NCBI GenBank assembly: GCA_002773285.1
Contig: PFBM01000021.1
Span: forward strand, 14,312-78,311
Reading direction: 5' to 3'
Source: Candidatus Kaiserbacteria bacterium CG10_big_fil_rev_8_21_14_0_10_59_10
GTDB lineage: Bacteria > Patescibacteriota > Minisyncoccia > Phycocordibacterales > UBA2100
DNA length: 64,000 nucleotides
Made by a program: the position numbers and the translations under genes. Position 1 is the first letter of the stretch. Every line of letters starts with the position of its first letter. Below, in pieces: positions 56,685 to 64,000 of this stretch. The notes under the pieces are model-generated. The model was not told the DNA's origin. It did not search any database and saw only the letters and a program-made list of their open reading frames with translations.

Positions 56685-56962
56685 TGTCGCGCCCCTTTCG
56701 CGAGCGCGTACTTTCAGTCGTGCGCGGCATACGGCCGGGAAGGACGATGACGTATGGGGCGGTTGCCCGCGCCGCTGGCGCGCCGCATGCCGCGCGGGCC
56801 GTCGGCGCAATATTGAAAAACAATTATAATCCGGCAATTCCATGCCATCGCGTTATACGCGCGGACGGTTCCCTTGGCGGATACAACAGGGGCGCTGTGC
56901 GCAAGCGCGCGCTTCTTGCCGCAGAGGCGGCAGTGCCGCCGACACCGGATGCACACAGGTAG
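56681..56962 (+). CDS. ogt: Minimal O6-alkylguanine-DNA alkyltransferase (C-terminal domain only)
   Basis: TYGAVA, ARAVG, IPCHRVI, GGY. Confidence 0.88.
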   Translation: MMSRPFRERVLSVVRGIRPGRTMTYGAVARAAGAPHAARAVGAILKNNYNPAIPCHRVIRADGSLGGYNRGAVRKRALLAAEAAVPPTPDAHR

Positions 56963-57055
56963 CGGTTTCGGGCATTGAATTTTAGCGCAGTTTGCGTATA
57001 GTGTGCGCAGCTCTGTTCGAGCATCGCTCACCCTTAACTGGAGGACACTGCGTTG

Positions 57056-57514
57056 ATGACGGTAGAACGTCCATATCGACGGACGACGACTATCACGCTC
57101 CGCGAGTGCGCCGAGCTGGGGGCGATTTTCTCGCCCATGGGGGAGGGCGATGCTTCTCGCCTGACCCAAGCAATAGCAACGCTGCTTCTTTCCGCGGGGT
57201 TTTGCATTACGCAAGACCCTGTAACACATGGGTATGACGTCACAATGCGACCATTCGGCACTGGCTTCGGATACACGTTCGTTGCCATTTTGTCTGAATC
57301 GCACTGCGCGATCCACACATACCCGGAGGAGCAGTATGGCGTCACGGTGGAGGTAGAATTCAACCTTTGCTACCTCAACTGCGACCACTCTGAGAAGATC
57401 GAAGAGGCACGCCTGCGCCTCATTGATCTATTCAGGCCGCGGTGCGTGGAGGAAGTAGAGCACTCTCGCAAAAGATACTTTACGCCGATCGCAGCATCAG
57501 TTGTAGCGGCGTAG
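57056..57514 (+). CDS. Pyruvoyl AdoMetDC/SpeD-like decarboxylase proenzyme (divergent)
   Basis: GYTFVAILSESHCAIHTYPE; SD GGAGG; TTGAAT-16-TATAGT promoter. Confidence 0.75.
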   Translation: MTVERPYRRTTTITLRECAELGAIFSPMGEGDASRLTQAIATLLLSAGFCITQDPVTHGYDVTMRPFGTGFGYTFVAILSESHCAIHTYPEEQYGVTVEVEFNLCYLNCDHSEKIEEARLRLIDLFRPRCVEEVEHSRKRYFTPIAASVVAA

Positions 57515-57518
57515 AGAT

Positions 57519-57546
57519 AGGGCGGCACCTATCAGTGCCGCCCTTT
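57519..57546 (+). terminator. Intrinsic terminator
   Basis: agggcggcac-ctatca-gtgccgccct-tt. Confidence 0.6.
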
Positions 57547-57562
57547 GCTATATACTGCCGGC

Positions 57563-58234
57563 ATGCATGTAAAGCTGGAGCACTCGTGGAAGAGACAGCT
57601 TGAAGGCGAGTTCAAAAAGGACTATTTCAAGTCACTCGCGCAATTCGTACGCGAGGAATATACCCATGCCGTCGTGTATCCGCCGCCGAAGCACGTGTTC
57701 CGCTGCTTCGAACTCTGCCCGTTCGACGCGGTGAAGGTCGTCATCCTCGGGCAGGATCCCTACCATGGGGCTGGCCAGGCTAACGGCCTGTGCTTTGCCG
57801 TGGGCGAGGGTGTCGCACTGCCGCCTTCGCTGCAAAACATTTTCAAAGAAATGGAAAGCGACCTTGGGGCGAGTATGAAAAACAGAAGCGGGGACTTGGA
57901 GCGTTGGGCGCGACAGGGGGTTCTTCTCTTGAACGCCACGCTTACCGTTCGCAGCCGCATTGCCGGCTCCCATCAAGGCAGGGGATGGGAGCAGTTTACG
58001 GATTCCGCCATTCGCATCCTCTCCGAAAAGCGTGAGCACCTAGTTTTCATCCTGTGGGGAAACTACGCGAAAGCGAAAGGCATCCACATCGACCGTACGA
58101 AACATCTCGTCATAGAGTCCGCACACCCGTCGCCATTCTCGGCTGCGGGAGGATTCTTCGGCTCAAAGCCCTTCAGCCGAACCAATGCCTACCTCCTGGA
58201 ACACGGCAAAAAGCCGATCGACTGGCTCGCCTAG
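57563..58234 (+). CDS. ung: Uracil-DNA glycosylase, family 1
   Basis: GQDPYH, PPSLQNI, VLLLN, HPSPFS. Confidence 0.97.
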   Translation: MHVKLEHSWKRQLEGEFKKDYFKSLAQFVREEYTHAVVYPPPKHVFRCFELCPFDAVKVVILGQDPYHGAGQANGLCFAVGEGVALPPSLQNIFKEMESDLGASMKNRSGDLERWARQGVLLLNATLTVRSRIAGSHQGRGWEQFTDSAIRILSEKREHLVFILWGNYAKAKGIHIDRTKHLVIESAHPSPFSAAGGFFGSKPFSRTNAYLLEHGKKPIDWLA

Positions 58235-59515
58235 CTATAGGCGAAGCAGTCCCTTCAGTGCCACGGCCGAGGTGCCCGTATGCGGGCCTATCACTGCGAG
58301 GTTGAGCGCCCCGGTGTGGAACACATCCTTCGCAACACGGCGCACATCAGAGACGGTAACCGCATCGATACCCGCAAGTATCTCGGAAAGCGGCCGAACG
58401 CGACCGAAATGTATAAGAGAGGTCGCGGCATGCTCCGCAACCGCGTCTGTCGTCTCCAGAGACAGCGTGAGGGTGCCGCGCATATGCGCCTTGACCTTCT
58501 TCAACTCGGAATGCGGCACGTCAGTGCGCTTGATCTTGCGGAGCTCGCCGAGGATCGTTTGTACGGCTTTCTCAAGTTTCGCGTGCTCCACACCCGCCTG
58601 GACGACAAAATACCCGACGTCGGGATACTTATCCGTCCAGCCACGCACAAAGTACGCCAGTCCGCGCCGCTCACGCACTTCGAGGAACAGGCGGCTCGAC
58701 ATGCCGCTTCCGAGAATAGCGGAGAGCACCTCGAGCGCATACTCATCCGTATGGCCGTACGGATATGCAGGAACCCCAAGCATCAGCTGCGTTTGGTCGG
58801 TATGCTTTTCCTTGATGCGCACTCGAGGGCCCGCAGGTGGGGTTGGGTCCGAGGCCGCATGCAGGTGAGGTTCGCGCTTCTTCAGCCGCCCAAAATTGCG
58901 CGCGATATTCCTCAATACGCGCGCTTCATCGAAGGAGCCCGCGACGCAGACGACCGTATTCTGTGGTGTGTAGTGGCCGCGCATGTACGATTCGAATTGC
59001 GCACGCGTGAAGCGAAGTACATTCTCGCGCGTACCAATGATCGGACGACCGAGCGGATGGTCGCTTCCGAAGAAGAGCTCGTCGAACACATCATTGATCT
59101 TGCGCATGGGCATGTCCTCATACATGCCTATTTCCTGCACTATGGCGCCGCGTTCTTTTGTTATTTCGCGCGAAGGAAGCGTCGAATTGAGGAAGATATC
59201 ACTGATGACATCGAGCGCAGTATCGAAATATTGGCTCGACACTTTCGCATAGTACGCGGTCCTCTCTTTTGCGGTAAACGCATTGTAGCTCGCGCCTACG
59301 GAATCGAGCTCTTCGCTTATCGCTCGCGCACTCGGCCGCTTCGCCGTCCCTTTGAAAAACATGTGCTCAAGAAAGTGCGCAAGGCCGTTTTCTTTCTCTG
59401 TCTCATAGCGCGAACCGGTACCCGCCATCACCATCACCGTCGCCGTTTTGGTGCCCGCGAGCGGTATAAGGACGGCACGCAAGCCGTTCTTGAGCGTGTG
59501 CATTCGGTACCTCAC
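58235..59515 (-). CDS. M16 (pitrilysin) zinc peptidase (start approximate)
   Basis: GLAHFLEHMFFKGT, NAFT, SSRLFLEVRERRGLAY. Confidence 0.93.
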   Translation of the reverse strand: MRYRMHTLKNGLRAVLIPLAGTKTATVMVMAGTGSRYETEKENGLAHFLEHMFFKGTAKRPSARAISEELDSVGASYNAFTAKERTAYYAKVSSQYFDTALDVISDIFLNSTLPSREITKERGAIVQEIGMYEDMPMRKINDVFDELFFGSDHPLGRPIIGTRENVLRFTRAQFESYMRGHYTPQNTVVCVAGSFDEARVLRNIARNFGRLKKREPHLHAASDPTPPAGPRVRIKEKHTDQTQLMLGVPAYPYGHTDEYALEVLSAILGSGMSSRLFLEVRERRGLAYFVRGWTDKYPDVGYFVVQAGVEHAKLEKAVQTILGELRKIKRTDVPHSELKKVKAHMRGTLTLSLETTDAVAEHAATSLIHFGRVRPLSEILAGIDAVTVSDVRRVAKDVFHTGALNLAVIGPHTGTSAVALKGLLRL

Positions 59516-59599
59516 AGTGCCGCGCATGGTAGCGCGGGTACCGACTGAAGGCAATGAACGCGTTGAATTAGTGCGCATATGCGGATACAATTCGCCTTT

Positions 59600-61501
59600 A
59601 TGACGTACGACGAGTTGCGGAGGGCGTATATCGAATTTTTTAGGGCTCGGTGGCACGCGGAAATTCCATCGGCGTCTCTCGTGCCGCAAAATGATCCTAC
59701 GACGCTTTTCACCGGTAGCGGCATGCAGCCATTGGTGCCGTACCTTCTAGGAAAGAGCCACCCCGCCGGTACGCGGCTTGTGAATTCGCAAAAGTGCTTT
59801 CGCGCGGAGGATATCGACGAGGTGGGGGACAACCGTCACACGACTTTTTTTGAGATGCTCGGAAACTGGTCCCTAGGGGATTATTTCAAGAAGGAGCAGT
59901 TGCCATGGTTTTTTGAATTCTTAACGGATGTAGTAGGACTCGACCCGAGGAAGTTGTACGTCACGGCTTTCATCGGCAACGAGCAGAGAGGCGTTCCGCG
60001 CGACATTGAATCGGCGGAGATTTGGCGGGAACTGTTCGCAGCTAAGGGTATTGACGCGGATGTGGTTGAGATAGGGAGCGAGTCGGACGGGTATCGGCTT
60101 GGCATGCGCGGAGGCAGAATTTTCTACTACAACGCAAGAAAGAACTGGTGGAGTCGCGCGGGCGCACCCGAGAATATGCCTGCCGGGGAGCCGGGCGGCC
60201 CTGATTCGGAGGTGTTTTATGATTTCGGGACGTCTCACGATGCGAAGTATGGCGCTCAGTGCCACCCAAACTGCGATTGCGGCCGCTTCCTGGAAATAGG
60301 GAACTCCGTGTTCATGCAGTACATCAAAAAGGAGGATGGTTCGTTCGCGCTCTTGCCGAAACAGAACGTTGACTTCGGCGGCGGACTTGAACGTATCGCC
60401 GCTGCGGAGCAAGAGAATCCCGACGTGTTCGCGACGGAGCCGTTGCAGGACATTGTTGCGCTTCTCGCGAAGTTCGCGCGCAAGTCCTATGACGACGGCC
60501 GCTATACGCGCTCCTTCCGCATCATCGCCGACCACGTCCGAGCCGCGACGTTTATGATAGCGGACGGCGTTACGCCGTCTAACACCGAACAGGGGTACGT
60601 TCTGCGGCGGCTCCTACGCCGCGCCGCGCTTCACGCTAGTTCTCTCGGGCTTGGAGATAAGGATGCGGATGACAGCGCGCTTGTCCGCTCCGCCATTATC
60701 ACCATTGAGCAATATAAAGGAGCATATCCCGAGCTGTCCGGCGAGGAAGCGTACCAACGCATACGCGGCGAGATATGGCAGGAAGAGGTGCAGTTCGCCA
60801 AGACGCTGCAGAAGGGCATGCGCGAGTTTGAGAAGATAGCTGGCGAAGGGAGCATTTCCGGCGAAGCCGCGTTCACGCTCTTTTCCACCTACGGCTTTCC
60901 ATTTGAGATGACGAAGGAGCTTGCGCGCGAGCGCGGCCTGGACGTCGACGAAGAGGCGTTCAGGGAGAACATGCGGGCGCACAGCGAGCGTTCGCGAGCT
61001 GGAAGCGAACAGAAGTTCAAGGGCGGACTGGCTGACCGCTCCGACGATACGATCCGGCTTCACACCGCCCACCACCTTCTCTTAAAGGCGCTCCAGATCG
61101 TGCTCGGGACGCACGTCAAACAGCGAGGTTCGAACATAACGGGTGAGCGCTTGCGCATAGACTTCTCACACGGCGAGAAAATGACCGATGAGCAGAAGCG
61201 CGAGGTCGAGCATATCGTCAACGAAAAAATACTCGAAGGACTGCCTGTCGTACGCACCGAAATGCCGAAGAGCGAGGCCGAGCGGCTCGGCGCCGAGAGC
61301 GAATTCGGCGCCAAGTATCCGGAACGCGTGTCGGTATACTCCATCGGCCCGCTTGAGAGTGCGTTTTCGATCGAATTTTGCGGCGGCCCGCACGTGCAGA
61401 ATACGCGCGAATTGGGAAAGAGCGGCGTATTCAGAATACAGAAAGAAGAGGCGGTATCCGCCGGCGTACGCCGCATCAAGGCATCGCTCGTACGCGCGTA
61501 G
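59600..61501 (+). CDS. alaS: Alanine--tRNA ligase, short form (no C-Ala domain)
   Basis: DPTTLFTGSGM, HTTFFEMLGN, IADHVR, HTAHHLL, CGGPH, AGVRRI. Confidence 0.96.
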   Translation: MTYDELRRAYIEFFRARWHAEIPSASLVPQNDPTTLFTGSGMQPLVPYLLGKSHPAGTRLVNSQKCFRAEDIDEVGDNRHTTFFEMLGNWSLGDYFKKEQLPWFFEFLTDVVGLDPRKLYVTAFIGNEQRGVPRDIESAEIWRELFAAKGIDADVVEIGSESDGYRLGMRGGRIFYYNARKNWWSRAGAPENMPAGEPGGPDSEVFYDFGTSHDAKYGAQCHPNCDCGRFLEIGNSVFMQYIKKEDGSFALLPKQNVDFGGGLERIAAAEQENPDVFATEPLQDIVALLAKFARKSYDDGRYTRSFRIIADHVRAATFMIADGVTPSNTEQGYVLRRLLRRAALHASSLGLGDKDADDSALVRSAIITIEQYKGAYPELSGEEAYQRIRGEIWQEEVQFAKTLQKGMREFEKIAGEGSISGEAAFTLFSTYGFPFEMTKELARERGLDVDEEAFRENMRAHSERSRAGSEQKFKGGLADRSDDTIRLHTAHHLLLKALQIVLGTHVKQRGSNITGERLRIDFSHGEKMTDEQKREVEHIVNEKILEGLPVVRTEMPKSEAERLGAESEFGAKYPERVSVYSIGPLESAFSIEFCGGPHVQNTRELGKSGVFRIQKEEAVSAGVRRIKASLVRA

Positions 61502-61556
61502 GACACCTGTGCATAGCGGCGCGTTGCGCGGCGCGATGCGCTGTATACTTACACAA

Positions 61557-62735
61557 ATGAGGTGGCCTTTTTTAGTGCCCGGGCGCCTGCGTGCGAATAG
61601 CGTGTGCGCTATCGCCGATGTGGAGAGCGGTGGTGTGGGATTTGCCATTGCCGAGCTTTCACATACGCGTCAAGAGCCCGTGCGCATTCTTGCATATGAG
61701 CGAGCAGTGTTGCCGCATGGGGAACGCGGAGCGAGACACACTGCTTCGGCGTCGCTCGGTCTTCTCTCTCGCGTGGGCGCTCGGGTGCTGCATTCCTTTG
61801 CCGTATCTCAAGCGGCACAGAAGCATGGCCATGTTGCGAGTGCGCATGTGATCCTACGTGCCCCCTGGTACTCCTCCGAGACGCATCGAAACGATTCCGT
61901 ATATCCGAAAGCGCAAGCTATTCGGCAGCGCACCATTACGGAACTTGCCGAGCAAGCCATACGAGAGTCCGCCGGCTCATCACTGCCATTCGAATCTGCT
62001 GTACTGCGCGTGCTTCTCAATGGATACCCTACGGGAAAGCCCATTGGCAAAAGCGCGGTTGAGCTCTCTGTTATCACGCTCTCGAGCCACAGCAGTGCAA
62101 AAATGAATGCCCGAGCACATACGGCGGTATCCTCGCTTCTTCCCGGCCGGGACGTGCGCGTCCACTCCGGTATGCGAGCGTCGCTCGCCGCGCTGCACGA
62201 GATCCTCACACGCACGAATACGTTCACCATAATGATCGTCGGGGCAGATATGACGGAATGCATCGTCGTACGCAAAGACGAGGTCAGTCAACACGTCCGG
62301 ATTCCATTCGGCACATCGGCTGTGATCCGCGAGCTCTCTGGCGCGAACGGGCTTCCGGATGAGACAGAACACCTCTTTAAAGCCGCCTTTATCGACGGGG
62401 AGGACTCAAAAGCGACCTCTGCACTGCGCGAGAAGCTTGCGCGCGCTGAGATAGAATACGCCTCGAGGTTTGGGGCTGCGCTCGGCTCGCTTGCGGAGCG
62501 GCGCCGCCTCCCGAACGAATGCGTACTCATCACACACCCGTTTTTTGCGCCATGGCTGGAGACATTCGTTACGCGCATTGATTTTTCCCCGTTCACGGTC
62601 ACGACACACCCGTTCAACGTCGAGGTGCTCCAGAATGCGCACGTAGCGCATGCCGTCGCGTGGAGCGAAGATACTCCCCCGGATGTCGCCATCTCGCTTG
62701 CAGCGCTGTTCGTGCGCGCGTACGTAGGGAAGTAG
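61557..62735 (+). CDS. Hypothetical protein, degenerate FtsA/actin-like fold
   Basis: AIADVESGGVG, LNGYPT..P.GK, IVGADMTE, IPFG. Confidence 0.6.
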   Translation: MRWPFLVPGRLRANSVCAIADVESGGVGFAIAELSHTRQEPVRILAYERAVLPHGERGARHTASASLGLLSRVGARVLHSFAVSQAAQKHGHVASAHVILRAPWYSSETHRNDSVYPKAQAIRQRTITELAEQAIRESAGSSLPFESAVLRVLLNGYPTGKPIGKSAVELSVITLSSHSSAKMNARAHTAVSSLLPGRDVRVHSGMRASLAALHEILTRTNTFTIMIVGADMTECIVVRKDEVSQHVRIPFGTSAVIRELSGANGLPDETEHLFKAAFIDGEDSKATSALREKLARAEIEYASRFGAALGSLAERRRLPNECVLITHPFFAPWLETFVTRIDFSPFTVTTHPFNVEVLQNAHVAHAVAWSEDTPPDVAISLAALFVRAYVGK

Positions 62736-62809
62736 TATGCGAACTATCAACATAACCGTGTTTCCCATCCAGCTGAAGACGATATAATGGGTTGTGAGTG
62801 TGGAATTTT

Positions 62810-64000
62810 ATGGTACGAGATTACATGCAAGACATTGTTCCTCCGAATGACGACGCGGACGCGGCTCGTGCGCGCCGTGAACATGCTAATGAAGAGGAGG
62901 CGGAGGTAGTCGCCGAGGGCGCGCCGCCGGAGCGCAGTATCCGCAACGTGCACGTCCCCGCGCGCGCGGGCCGGCACTCGCGTCCTGCGCCGCATCAAGC
63001 GATTGGCCCGGAGGCAATTCAAGGCGGCAGGCGGAGAAGTAGCCGTTGGATATGGACGGCGGCATCGCTTGCGCTACTGCTTCTCATTGTCTCAGCTGCG
63101 CTTCTCCTGCTTCGCGGAACGACCGTAACCGTTACGCCGCGTTCCCAAACGGTGGTCTTCGATCCGATAATGCGATTCGTCGCGCACCCCGCTGACGCAG
63201 CTGCCTCTGAGTCGCAGCTTATCTACACCGTGCATACGGAAGTACTGGAGGACTCTGCGATAGTCGCCGCAGAAGGCGTTGAGCATGTTGAGGAGCGCGC
63301 ATCCGGCGTCATTACCGTATTCAACGAATATTCGGCAGATCCTGTGCGACTGATTAAGAACACCCGGTTCCAGACGCAGGACGGGCTTATTTATCGCACG
63401 CCTGAGTCCATCGTAGTACCGGGCCGCAGCGGCTCCACCGCTGGCCGCATAGACGTCGAGGTATTTGCCGACCAGCCAGGGAGCCAATACAACAGCGGCC
63501 CTGTGACGCGCCTCAGCGTTCCGGGTCTCGCGGATACGCCGGATATGTTCGCTGGGATCTACGCACGCTCCGATGGAGGATTTAGCGGTGGTTTCTCGGG
63601 CTCGCGTCCCGCTATTCCGCAGGCAACACTCGCGGCCGCTCGTGCCGAGGTACGCGACAGGCTCGAATCCAATGCGCGCAGCATAGCCCTCGCGGGCGAT
63701 GGAGAGTTCCGTTTTGCCGACCTGGCGCGCATCACGTTCGAATCACTGCCACCAACTACCGAGCAAGGAGGCACTGTCCGTATCCACGAGCGCGCCACTA
63801 TTCACATTCCGGCCGTTGACGAGAGAGCGTTCGCACAGGCAGTAGCTTCATTCGTGAGCGCAGACGCTTCGGAGGCGGATGTTGTACTCTATCCGCGTGA
63901 AGGCATGGCGGCCACTCTTGTGCAAGAAAGTCCGGCGCTCGGTTCCGAGCCAATAGAGTTCACGCTTACCGGCACGGCCCTTTTGGTGTGGCAGGTTGAT
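62810..64000 (+). CDS. Membrane-anchored baseplate-J-like protein (runs off the window)
   Basis: MQDIVPP, TM, VTVTP, ASGVITVFNEY, LIKNTRFQTQDGLIY, VFADQPGSQYN, GGFSG. Confidence 0.7.
   Translation, partial: MVRDYMQDIVPPNDDADAARARREHANEEEAEVVAEGAPPERSIRNVHVPARAGRHSRPAPHQAIGPEAIQGGRRRSSRWIWTAASLALLLLIVSAALLLLRGTTVTVTPRSQTVVFDPIMRFVAHPADAAASESQLIYTVHTEVLEDSAIVAAEGVEHVEERASGVITVFNEYSADPVRLIKNTRFQTQDGLIYRTPESIVVPGRSGSTAGRIDVEVFADQPGSQYNSGPVTRLSVPGLADTPDMFAGIYARSDGGFSGGFSGSRPAIPQATLAAARAEVRDRLESNARSIALAGDGEFRFADLARITFESLPPTTEQGGTVRIHERATIHIPAVDERAFAQAVASFVSADASEADVVLYPREGMAATLVQESPALGSEPIEFTLTGTALLVWQVD

Noticed and set aside
1-64000. Alternative genetic code (UGA=Gly)
   Set aside because: Conserved genes end correctly at TGA and show no internal TGA

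Overview
64 kb of ~60% GC bacterial chromosome, standard code 11. It looks like Patescibacteria/CPR (Parcubacteria, Kaiserbacteria-like) from its compact, shuffled housekeeping genes and shortened DnaX, Rel, AlaRS, UvrA and UvrC. Core genes: parB, rel, topA, dprA, serS, ftsQ, dus, dnaX, truB, lysS, tyrS, uvrB, murB, uvrA, uvrC, ddl, mpg, yqeY, rmuC, rplU, recR, dnaB, mltG, mnmA, ogt, ung, alaS, plus tRNA-Gln and tRNA-Ala. I saw no rRNA, CRISPR array, integrase or transposase. Main observations: (1) a 110-aa stand-alone sigma-70 domain-2 protein at the edge of a ~12 kb envelope/stress-type island. The island holds two class F sortases, a minimal IPETG sortase substrate, a Cache/HAMP-fused trehalose-6-P synthase with OtsB, GDH, and DUF378/lmo0937/YtxH-like small proteins. 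(2) About 20 genes have a -10 hexamer exactly 6 nt before the start codon (leaderless), while isolated ORFans carry SD-led expression cassettes. (3) In-frame AAGG-N5-CCTT palindromes sit inside uvrC and mpg. (4) Tandem T4-Imm-like genes, a candidate sRNA and several atypical enzymes. All family calls are by-eye motif recognition, not database searches.
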